From the NCBI GenBank assembly GCA_037305845.1, contig CP147778.1:2624001-2688000 (forward strand): 64,000 nucleotides of DNA, read 5' to 3'. Every line of letters begins with the position of its first letter. The stretch's first letter is position 1. This document shows, piece after piece, positions 48,839-59,586 of this stretch. The notes under the pieces are model-generated. The model saw only the letters and a program-made list of their open reading frames with translations, was not told the DNA's origin and ran no database searches. Origin of the DNA: Candidatus Freyarchaeum deiterrae. Lineage in GTDB: Archaea; Asgardarchaeota; Jordiarchaeia; Jordiarchaeales; Jordiarchaeaceae. The position numbers were made by a program, and so were the translations under genes.

Positions 48839-49381
48839 TTAGCTATAGTCAAAGCTCTCATCCTTCAAATAAATAAATTTGTCGCCCTTTTCATTACATT
48901 CAATTACTCTCTCCTCTAGTTTAAGAATTAGATCGGTATATTTTAAACAGTAATAACCATCCTTCTCCTCCATTTTAAAATATTCTTTAGAAAGGTCGAT
49001 ATTTTTGTTCTCTGTTAGTATTTTTTGTTTTGCCTTCTCCTCTTCCTTCTCATATGTATAAAACTTAAAACAATCTTCTGTAGGTTTATCCCTCATACAG
49101 AGATGACAACTACTGAAGTCAAAAGGCGGAAGAAAATTCTAGCATTTAGCACAACAAGTAGGCTCGTATTTATGAGCAGTCACCCCTCCACCTTTGCAAT
49201 TATGGTCTTTGTTTTTACAAATGAATATTTTCACTTTTCCCTCTTCCAAAGGATATTTTTTATCCAGAAATTTTTTTATTAGACTTTTCCCTTCTTCCGA
49301 TAGAACCCTTAAAGTTAGTTCCTGTTCTTCTGGGCTACTAGGTTTGTGTAATTGTTCGTGGAATCTAGGCATCACTATCAC
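48839..49381 (-). pseudogene. Cys-rich (Zn-ribbon) protein interrupted by one in-frame TAG
   Basis: ORFs 49139-49381 and 48839-49096 are in the same frame: ...CCAKC*NFLPPFDFSSCHLCMRDKP... Confidence 0.65.
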
Positions 49382-49979
49382 TCCTTAAATTCACTTTTAA
49401 GAAAATTTCTAATTCTTCTACAGTCGGATTTATGCTCAGAAATTTTTTTAGGATTTCTTCCCACCGTTTATTACCTGGTCTGTGTAACTTTTTTTTAATA
49501 CATTCTAATGTTTCTAGTTCTCCACCCCAATCATACCGAATATAATAGCCCGCCGTAATTTCATCAAAGACTTTATCAAACCTACTCTTACCCGGACAAA
49601 TTCCCCCATCACCGAAATCTGTAAAGGGATAAAGAGAGCACCCTGTAGGTCTGGCAGAGTATATTGAACATTTTTTATCTTCGGTAAGAAATAGACATGG
49701 GGATTCAGAGTGAAATGGCTTATACGAAACTCCGCCCTTCTCTACTTTTGCTTCAGAACCTATGTATTTATTTATAAAATCCGCTACCCCCTGATTTCCT
49801 ATGTAACCCAGAAATTTAGCAGCCCTTACTATATCTTCATTAGACCACTCCACGTTCCTAGTGCAACACTTTCCGCAGAGCTTTTCGCAAACAAATGGTA
49901 TTACTACCCCGAAAGCACCCTCGAATTCAGGATGGATTATAATTAATTCGAATAAAAACTTATTCAATCTATCACTCAT
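49365..49979 (-). CDS. YkgJ/CxxCxxCC cysteine-cluster protein
   Basis: CEKLCGKCC, CLFL..DKKCSIYSARPTGCSLYPF. Confidence 0.88.
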   Translation of the reverse strand: MSDRLNKFLFELIIIHPEFEGAFGVVIPFVCEKLCGKCCTRNVEWSNEDIVRAAKFLGYIGNQGVADFINKYIGSEAKVEKGGVSYKPFHSESPCLFLTEDKKCSIYSARPTGCSLYPFTDFGDGGICPGKSRFDKVFDEITAGYYIRYDWGGELETLECIKKKLHRPGNKRWEEILKKFLSINPTVEELEIFLKVNLRSDSDA

Positions 49980-50434
49980 ATCCCTTTCAAATTCCTCATA
50001 GTTCGTTATTCAATCACCCCTATTTTTCTCCAATTTCCAATCATGAAATAGGCATAATCTACAGAAAATTTTCTTGGGTTATAGGGAATACTATATACCA
50101 CAATTTTCTTATAGTATACGATGAGGAATACTGTAATTTTTTATAGGATTTATTTAAAATTGAAAACAAACTACGGTAGAATATTCTAATTTTCTTATAA
50201 TATAGTATTCATTTTTTACCTTTTTGTTATAACACTCTAATACTCAAAAAGAAAATAAAAAGCAGCAAGTTTTTAAAACCAACCCTCTAAAACAAAAAGG
50301 GAAACCATTGAATTTCTATTACCTAAGCAAACACCACTAAGATGTTGAGAGAAAGACCTTATCCTCGTTTATAAAAAAATTTAAATACCTAAAAAATTCT
50401 CAACAATAACAACATAAGCGGAAAGGGAGATTAA

Positions 50435-50746
50435 ATGAATATTGGAAAATGGGGCGGGCGTTCAATAGCTCTCGCAGTAGTGTTATTCCTGCTGGGAATA
50501 TTATTCAAATTAATTTCCTCAAAAGCATACTCCCAAGCGTTCTACGCATCCTTCTACTACTACAGCTTACCAACCACCCCTTACCCCAGCCCCCCGGGAA
50601 TTCCTTATAACCTTTACACGATGTTAGTTGACCTACCTCAGGCGATAGGTTGGGGTGACTCATACAATCTAGCTTTTTTAGTTTTATTTATCATTTCAGC
50701 ATTACTCCTAACCGCCAGCATCATACTAATTTACAGGAACAAGTAG
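50435..50746 (+). CDS. Small two-TM membrane protein
   Basis: Two hydrophobic helices; ATG with GGGAG SD. Confidence 0.65.
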   Translation: MNIGKWGGRSIALAVVLFLLGILFKLISSKAYSQAFYASFYYYSLPTTPYPSPPGIPYNLYTMLVDLPQAIGWGDSYNLAFLVLFIISALLLTASIILIYRNK

Positions 50747-50867
50747 CAACACTCAAGAGCTACCCCCATTTTTTATACAAAAATCTATGCACAGAATCAT
50801 AAAGCATATTCTACTTTTCTAGCTATTATTAAAAAAGAGGAAGATGGGGAAATAGAAATAAGAAATA

Positions 50868-53800
50868 TTTGTCAATCCTCGTTACTGAGGAACTTTTTTT
50901 GCAAGTATAGTTTCATAGATATATTTTTACTATTCATAGACTTCTTTCAATCCTCGTTACTGAGGAACTTCTTTTGCAAGTCATAGATCCAAACACCGCA
51001 CTACTAGAGTTACAAACTTTCAATCCTCGTTACTGAGGAACTTCTTTTGCAAGATTCAACAAATAAAATAGAGGAGAAAGAGAAGAATGCCTTTCAATCC
51101 TCGTTACTGAGGAACTTCTTTTGCAAGCAGAAGGAGAAGCGGATTGAAGTATTGGCTCTAATAGACTTTCAATCCTCGTTACTGAGGAACTTCTTTTGCA
51201 AGGGATAAAGGCTGATACAGCACATTCAGAGCATCTAACCACTTTCAATCCTCGTTACTGAGGAACTTCTTTTGCAAGTTGGTGCTCAGGATCCTAAAAT
51301 GATTACGCCTATAATACTTTCAATCCTCGTTACTGAGGAACTTCTTTTGCAAGTAAAATGTTCGAAAAAAAGAATAGTTTATAGGTAAAAACTTTCAATC
51401 CTCGTTACTGAGGAACTTCTTTTGCAAGATAGGTGTGGGGTTGATGAACGCCGGTATGTATATGCCTTTCAATCCTCGTTACTGAGGAACTTCTTTTGCA
51501 AGTACTTCAGCGGAACATTGGCTGCGAATGGTTCAGTTCCTACTTTCAATCCTCGTTACTGAGGAACTACTTTTGCAAGGTTTTTTCGATGAGTTAAATT
51601 TAGACTTGTTGTAAAAGCTTTCAATCCTCGTTACTGAGGAACTACTTTTGCAAGTGAAACTGCAACGAAGAGAGAACATGTACCACTCAAGCTTTCAATC
51701 CTCGTTACTGAGGAACTACTTTTGCAAGTGTAAAAATGTTAGTTCTGCTAGTTATTCTCTTCCAAAACTTTCAATCCTCGTTACTGAGGAACTACTTTTG
51801 CAAGCTAAAAAGAAAAAATGAAAGAAAATTGAATAAAAAGCTTTCAATCCTCGTTACTGAGGAACTACTTTTGCAAGTCTTTTTTTATTTAAATAATTCT
51901 TCTAGTTTGAAAGTACTTTCAATCCTCGTTACTGAGGAACTACTTTTGCAAGCTTCTTCAAAACTATCTATCGCCTCCGACAGAAAAATACTTTCAATCC
52001 TCGTTACTGAGGAACTACTTTTGCAAGGTAATAATCCGTCAAATTGCTTACGCCGTAGCAGTTGTACTTTCAATCCTCGTTACTGAGGAACTACTTTTGC
52101 AAGAATTCAAAGGAACAACATACATTCAGAACACCACACAGACCTTTCAATCCTCGTTACTGAGGAACTACTTTTGCAAGTCAGTGTGAGGAGTCCCGCG
52201 AAATCCGCTGGATCTACTTTCAATCCTCGTTACTGAGGAACTACTTTTGCAAGACTATGACGCAGTAATCCAACAACTCATCAAAGAAATCCTTTCAATC
52301 CTCGTTACTGAGGAACTACTTTTGCAAGGTTTCTATGCTTAACCAAGAATCCTAGTCTTTATAGTTACTTTCAATCCTCGTTACTGAGGAACTACTTTTG
52401 CAAGGACTTTTTTATTTATTTTTTCAAGTAACTTATCTATACTTTCAATCCTCGTTACTGAGGAACTACTTTTGCAAGTATCTAACTGTGAGGAGGCAGC
52501 AAAATAGTGGATAAGCCTTTCAATCCTCGTTACTGAGGAACTACTTTTGCAAGATATATCTGCTAATATCCACAAGGTGAGCAGCTTCACCCTTTCAATC
52601 CTCGTTACTGAGGAACTACTTTTGCAAGCTCGGTCTTGGAGCTTTCGTAATTTCCAATATTTCTTTCAATCCTCGTTACTGAGGAACTACTTTTGCAAGA
52701 AAGGGAGAAAAGACAGAGACAAGCGATTCATAATATTCTTTCAATCCTCGTTACTGAGGAACTACTTTTGCAAGTATGGGCAGCAACGTTACAAACACTA
52801 TGATTCTTAACTTTCAATCCTCGTTACTGAGGAACTACTTTTGCAAGCTAGTATTTACATTCCTTCGGTTTGGCAGTGGCAGCTATCTTTCAATCCTCGT
52901 TACTGAGGAACTACTTTTGCAAGATATAGCGAAGCATTCACCCAACTTGTGACGCTCTCTTTCAATCCTCGTTACTGAGGAACTACTTTTGCAAGAAAAA
53001 TGAGTCTCGGAACAGGAGCCGCAGTGTTCATAGCTTTCAATCCTCGTTACTGAGGAACTACTTTTGCAAGTAATGAAGTATGGACTTATGACGGTATATA
53101 CCTAAAACCTTTCAATCCTCGTTACTGAGGAACTACTTTTGCAAGTTGCATACGCACTTCTAATCTGGGTCAAACTTTTGACACTTTCAATCCTCGTTAC
53201 TGAGGAACTACTTTTGCAAGATATCTCAGACTAGTACCATAGATGCGTATATAGCTTTCAATCCTCGTTACTGAGGAACTACTTTTGCAAGCTACTACCA
53301 GCTTATCGGTGACGCGGCGAACTACTTGCTTTCAATCCTCGTTACTGAGGAACTACTTTTGCAAGACAGAATCGGGTTACGCTCTCCAGGTTAATTCCGC
53401 TACTTTCAATCCTCGTTACTGAGGAACTACTTTTGCAAGTAAATGTGGCTAGTGCTCCTTGGCAGGCTTTTTTTGTTGCTTTCAATCCTCGTTACTGAGG
53501 AACTACTTTTGCAAGTAGTACACCAACTATTCTAGTTATTACTAAAACTAGGGCTTTCAATCCTCGTTACTGAGGAACTACTTTTGCAAGAATTTGGTGA
53601 ATTTGATAGAGAAATTTGTAGATATTACTTTCAATCCTCGTTACTGAGGAACTACTTTTGCAAGGAATAATACGCCTTTTGACCCTTATTTTTCAATTGA
53701 AGCTTTCAATCCTCGTTACTGAGGAACTACTTTTGCAAGGCTTTTCGCGGCGTAAAGTGCAGATTGTAAAACTTGGCCTTTCAATCCTCGTTACTGAGGA

Positions 53801-56714
53801 ACTACTTTTGCAAGATCTAATGATCATTTGAGTCCAATTCCAGAAATTAAGGGCTTTCAATCCTCGTTACTGAGGAACTACTTTTGCAAGCCGAAGCGTG
53901 CAGCGCGAAGGTAATTTAGGGGTGCGAACTTTCAATCCTCGTTACTGAGGAACTACTTTTGCAAGCTCTAAACTCCTTTTCCGTACTGGAATTTATAAAC
54001 CTACTTTCAATCCTCGTTACTGAGGAACTACTTTTGCAAGTATGATTTCTCGTGTCTTTTCCTCTAACTCTTCATACTCTTTCAATCCTCGTTACTGAGG
54101 AACTACTTTTGCAAGCCATTTTTGTATGATCCTCATAAATGTCGTTTTGGCATCTTTCAATCCTCGTTACTGAGGAACTACTTTTGCAAGTTCTTCAACT
54201 CCTTTTTTTTATCCTCCGGAAGCATACTTTCAATCCTCGTTACTGAGGAACTACTTTTGCAAGGACTGTTCGAGATTTTCAATACCGTAGTAATTGCAGC
54301 AACTTTCAATCCTCGTTACTGAGGAACTACTTTTGCAAGAATAAGGCTTCATCTTTTTTCAGGCTAGTTAATGTTTCTTTCAATCCTCGTTACTGAGGAA
54401 CTACTTTTGCAAGAACCATTCCACATCTTTTTTCTCTGCTCGGTCAGCGTACTTTCAATCCTCGTTACTGAGGAACTACTTTTGCAAGTTAGCGCTGCGC
54501 AGATCCCAAAAAACAATAACATCAAGCTTTCAATCCTCGTTACTGAGGAACTACTTTTGCAAGAATAGTTGCGAAGATTATGCAGCTTAGGAATGTTTCT
54601 TTCAATCCTCGTTACTGAGGAACTACTTTTGCAAGCATGTTGTAGTTCATAATTTTGTTTATGATGTGAAACTTTCAATCCTCGTTACTGAGGAACTACT
54701 TTTGCAAGTGTATTCTGCAAAGAATGTTACATCTCCTAACAGACTTTCAATCCTCGTTACTGAGGAACTACTTTTGCAAGGTATTAACCTAACCTCTATT
54801 TTTGCATCTCCTTCTTTCTTTCAATCCTCGTTACTGAGGAACTACTTTTGCAAGGATATTTCAGAGATGCGTATAATGAGAGTTCTATATTCCTTTCAAT
54901 CCTCGTTACTGAGGAACTACTTTTGCAAGCTAATTAATAATTCCTTATGTGTTGAACGGAAAGATGTCTTTCAATCCTCGTTACTGAGGAACTACTTTTG
55001 CAAGATCTTCTTTTTTAATCTTCTTTTGAAGTATCTCACTGCTTTCAATCCTCGTTACTGAGGAACTACTTTTGCAAGCCATAGTCTGCATCCCATGCCA
55101 GTCCTGCATCCACTTCTTTCAATCCTCGTTACTGAGGAACTACTTTTGCAAGGGACTACGTACCATTAGTAAACTCTACGCTTGAATACTTTCAATCCTC
55201 GTTACTGAGGAACTACTTTTGCAAGTAAACAATATCGGAGTTTTATAGCGCAGTTACAAAAATCTTTCAATCCTCGTTACTGAGGAACTACTTTTGCAAG
55301 TTATGTTTTCTATAATGTTCATTTTCTATATTAGCTTGCTTTCAATCCTCGTTACTGAGGAACTACTTTTGCAAGAGCCTATAAAAACTATTAAAAAGAA
55401 ATTGTTTCTTGTCTTTCAATCCTCGTTACTGAGGAACTACTTTTGCAAGATGACTTTTTTCATCAACTTGTATTACTGCTACATCAGACTTTCAATCCTC
55501 GTTACTGAGGAACTACTTTTGCAAGATATCTCAAAGCCCTGATTGGTTCATGTGATACTTGACTTTCAATCCTCGTTACTGAGGAACTACTTTTGCAAGG
55601 TTAAGATTCTTCAGGAGTCGAAGAGGATGAGTTTGAACTTTCAATCCTCGTTACTGAGGAACTACTTTTGCAAGTGATTTCTGTTTTCTATGAGTAGGCA
55701 TCCCAGTTCCAGCTTTCAATCCTCGTTACTGAGGAACTACTTTTGCAAGAACATCTATCTCTCAATTTTTGAGATCTCACCAGTCAGCTTTCAATCCTCG
55801 TTACTGAGGAACTACTTTTGCAAGAAAAACCTGTCAATATTTGATCACACATCAGATATTGCTTTCAATCCTCGTTACTGAGGAACTACTTTTGCAAGTA
55901 ATGAAAGAACTGGAGAGTGTGTTGAAGTGAACTCTTTCAATCCTCGTTACTGAGGAACTACTTTTGCAAGCCAATTTCCCGAAGCTCATTATTAAGCACA
56001 CCTACGTCTTTCAATCCTCGTTACTGAGGAACTACTTTTGCAAGGCTCAACGCGTACGCTAACGCATGCCTGCCGAACATCTTTCAATCCTCGTTACTGA
56101 GGAACTACTTTTGCAAGAGAGAGAAAAGGGAGAAACTCAAGGCTAATAGAAAGCTTTCAATCCTCGTTACTGAGGAACTACTTTTGCAAGAAATATCTTT
56201 TCGATTTTACTGACTTGAGGAACCTGATCTTTCAATCCTCGTTACTGAGGAACTACTTTTGCAAGTGTATCTACGTAGCGGGAGCAATCATCCAGATGAT
56301 TCCTTTCAATCCTCGTTACTGAGGAACTACTTTTGCAAGAAAAATGGGGTTTTCTCGTTCGTGGAAAGGCGAGAAACTTTCAATCCTCGTTACTGAGGAA
56401 CTACTTTTGCAAGTCGATACGGTGATAACCCCGGCATTAACCAATTCTACGCTTTCAATCCTCGTTACTGAGGAACTACTTTTGCAAGCGTGAAATGGAA
56501 TATAGAATAGACCTGGCTAAACTTACCTTTCAATCCTCGTTACTGAGGAACTACTTTTGCAAGATCCTGGGTTCCCGCAGCGAATACAAAACGGTCTATA
56601 TTCTTTCAATCCTCGTTACTGAGGAACTACTTTTGCAAGTCTACTACCAGCTTATCGGCGACGCGGCGAACTACTTGCTTTCAATCCTCGTTACTGAGGA
56701 ACTACTTTTGCAAG
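50868..56714 (-). CRISPR. CRISPR array, ~79 repeats of 37 nt (CTTGCAAAAGTAGTTCCTCAGTAACGAGGATTGAAAG as transcribed), spacers ~34-39 nt
   Basis: Hand count. The ATTGAAAG 3' end on the minus strand, a degenerate terminal repeat at ~50868 and an AT-rich leader right of 56714 fix the orientation. Confidence 0.98.
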
Positions 56715-56900
56715 GGTTATATTATATTACTTATTTTTAGATTTAGAGGCTTATAAAGGCCTCTTTTCGGAGGGTTCACTCGAACACTAGAAAAACTGCA
56801 CATGCTTTATAAATGTGTTCGAGTAACCGAGAAGGTAGCTTACGCCTCCTTCGGCTTCTCTGAGCGTGCAGTATGTCTTCTCTATGTTGTTCCGACTTTG
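56715..56900 (-). promoter_or_regulatory. CRISPR leader with TATA-like boxes and inverted repeats
   Basis: AT-rich; AGAGGC-ttataaag-GCCTCT (56745-56764); ACTCGAACAC...GTGTTCGAGT (56778-56824) flanking TTTATAAA. Confidence 0.75.
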
Positions 56901-57303
56901 GGAAACCTGATTTCTGTCCTCTGGGTTTTGATAGTTTTGTTTTTCGTTTTTCTATTCTATTTTTTTCTTTAGGAGGTTTTTTGGGGTGTTTAATGGGTTT
57001 TTTTGTTGTTTTGGGTGTTTCGCGGTTTTTTCGCCGTTTAAGGTTCTCCTAAATTTCTGGTGGAAGTGATGTGGTGTTCAGGTTTTATTCATTCAACAAA
57101 AAAATTATGCGAAACAGCCGAAAGCTTCCTGATACAAAACGAGAAATCTGCCCGTATCGCGGATAATCATTCGAAAAAGAGCAATCAACGATTAGCTGGG
57201 CAGCGCCACGAAGCCTCCCCTCGAGTTGTTACTCTGTCAATCTGATTCGGTTTCCCCCCCGGGATCCCCTAATTTTCTTTTTTTGAGGGTTTGTTGGTTG
57301 TGT

Positions 57304-58378
57304 TTAGTGTTTCTTGGCTGGTGTTTTGAGGTTTTTGTTCTCCAGAATTTTCTGGTTTGTTTCGAGGAATTCCTGGAGTTCGGGGTTCTCTGTGGCGATT
57401 TTCAGTGACTCCGTGTTCCAGTGGTCCGCCTTTTTGCCTCTCCAGACGCCGTAAATTTTTGCCTTTATTTTTCCGGTTATGCCGATGACCCCGTAAGTGA
57501 TAGCTGCGGTGTAGAGGAGCAGTGCAACATCTTCCCAGTCTACCTCAGTGCTCATTGGGGGTTCTTCTTGGCGGTCGAGGCGTATTCCCTTTAGTTTGAG
57601 TGCGGTGGCTCTATCGGTGAAGGCTTCATCCTCGCTGAAGACCAGCAGGTCTACGTTTCTCTCTTTGGAGAATTTTTGCAGCACCTCAAGTATTTGCAGG
57701 TCACCCCTTCCTCCCTTCAGTTCCTCGAAGTATTCTCGTATTGACATCTTACGGTACTCCACGAAACCCATTCTAAAGAGTCGACAATCCAGCTTCAACT
57801 GGTTAAAGAACTCATCCAAGATATCACGATCCACATTAAGCGCACCACTCATCTCGGAGATATCGGATGTCTTATATTTGGCGTCGATGCCTCCCAGTTC
57901 CGCTAACACACCCTTTGAAGTCACGAACCCCGCTCTCAGTTGATTCGAATGCAGAAGATTTGAAACCAGAGTGTAGTGCCTCCTTATAAACGCGTTAGTG
58001 TCAAAAGAAATAAAGACCGATCTCTCACCCTTCAGAGGATCCCTCTCCAACTCGTCTAAAATCCTCTTCTCTATCTGAGTCCATTTCTCAGGTTTATGCA
58101 CGCCCGCGGCGAAAAACATGTTAAGGTAATCCGCTTACCCGGGAATCTCACCTACCACCTCACCACAACTCCTCCTCAGCCCCTCGTAAACATCTTTCTG
58201 TATTAAGCCACCAACTTCCGTAACCTCCCTAGGACCACTAAGAGTAACCCAAAAACAATTCCCGGTCAAGAAGTTGATCAAGCAGAAAAGACTTCACCCT
58301 AAACGAATTAGCACCATTCAGAAACAAACCATTCAAAAACAGAAAAAAATCCCCAAGCGGAACAAAAAACTCATTCAC
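57304..58378 (-). pseudogene. CRISPR-associated PIN-domain nuclease with 5' frameshift and premature stop
   Basis: PIN motifs FDTNAF, GDLQIL, FSEDEAF. The upstream frame from GTG 58378 is broken in a T-run (~58253) and by TAA 58137-58135. Confidence 0.7.
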
Positions 58379-58871
58379 CAGAACCCCACCCCTCCCTCAC
58401 ACAGTCCAAAACGTTAACCAGCCTCTGCTGATTAAAGGGAATCAAAATGTACGGTCTATCCTGATAAGCAGCATTGAAAAGATACAAGTAGTACAATTTA
58501 CTCACATTAAACTTCTGCCCCCTATCCGCCATCGCAACCGCCATAGCACACGCACTCATAAACTTCCTACCCGGAGTCATATCAACTGCAATCTCGTTAC
58601 CAGCCTCCGACCGAGCAACACCCATGAAAACCTTAGCAAAAGCGTCCATATCCTCCTCATCACAATCATGCTCCTCGAAAACAGGCACAACACCATAACA
58701 CCCCAAAACCCTAACCAGCCAATCCCTCACAGGAGCAACATTACGCTCAACCTTCCCATTCTTCAAAAGATGAACCCTCCCAGACACCAAACCATCACGA
58801 ATACAAGCAGCCCAAAGAGGATTAACAACCACAAAAACACTCGAACCAACCGTAGTAACCCAAACCCTCAT
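58371..58871 (-). CDS. Stand-alone CARF-domain protein
   Basis: VTTVGSS at the N-terminus and AVDMTPGRKFMS are CARF motifs; lies between the array and the type III operon. Confidence 0.85.
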   Translation of the reverse strand: MRVWVTTVGSSVFVVVNPLWAACIRDGLVSGRVHLLKNGKVERNVAPVRDWLVRVLGCYGVVPVFEEHDCDEEDMDAFAKVFMGVARSEAGNEIAVDMTPGRKFMSACAMAVAMADRGQKFNVSKLYYLYLFNAAYQDRPYILIPFNQQRLVNVLDCVREGWGSGE

Positions 58872-59146
58872 AAAACCCCAAACTCCTACAAAAACAACAC
58901 CAAACTAAAAAATATTTAATTTTCAACCCTTAAAAACCTTTACATGAACCGACAAAAAATAATTCCACCTTATCTAATCCCCATTTATCCCCCAATAAAA
59001 GAAAATGAGGTATCAATTGAGATTTCTGGCAAGTTTACCCAGACTAGCAAGAAAAAGGAAACCATGCAAAATTTAGAAAGAAAAGGTTACACACCCGGCT
59101 GAGAGCAATCTAACCTATGAGTTGCAAAATCCAATGAGCCCATAAA

Positions 59147-59242
59147 GTTTCAATCCCTTATAGGTAGGCTCCAAACTCTAAATGAAAAAAGAATAGAGTT
59201 CATGGCAGAGCAGTTTCAATCCCTTATAGGTAGGCTCCAAAC
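59147..59242 (-). CRISPR. Mini CRISPR: two 30-nt repeats (GTTTGGAGCCTACCTATAAGGGATTGAAAC as transcribed) and one 36-nt spacer
   Basis: Identical repeats at 59147-59176 and 59213-59242; non-coding leader-like DNA to the right. Confidence 0.9.
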
Positions 59243-59586
59243 CAAGCGTATTTTCGCTTCTTTTGGCAATTGGAGGATTTTTAAAGCTTCTTTTGGGGAT
59301 GCCTTGTTGCATAATTATTTATGTGCTTATTCGATTTTTAAGGTACGAGGCAATTTTAAAACATGTATTTAGAGATGTTTGAAAGCGTCCAGCCCACTTA
59401 TGTAATCAATAAACAATGTAAAATTGTGTAACAAGGCTCTTCGAACAGTAGACTCGTGGGAAGGTGGCGAAAGTTGAATGGGTGTGTGGTAAGGTTGTAA
59501 AGTTTGAGGATGATTTCTGGTGGAGGGTGTGTTTTTTAGAGTGATTATGGTTATCGTTTCTTTTTGTTTTCTCCTTTTGAATTAAA

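Noticed and set aside
50906-56677. Self-targeting spacers
   Set aside because: None noticed by eye against this window. An exhaustive alignment was not possible, so this is neither supported nor excluded.
51030-56740. ORFs called within the CRISPR array (LSILVTEELLLQ, CKSSSSVTRIE repeats)
   Set aside because: These are translations of the repeat, not genes.
57060-57290. Possible structured RNA or tnpB-end remnant between the leader and the PIN gene
   Set aside because: GC-richer patch with GAAGCCTCCCC, but I could not establish a complete IS-end hairpin, ribozyme core or anti-repeat.
58120-58150. Hairpin GGUAA-GCGGA-UUACC around the TAA in the PIN gene as a second BHB intron
   Set aside because: No 4-bp central helix or paired 3-nt bulges can be drawn. 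A Tyr codon mutated to TAA plus a separate frameshift explains it.
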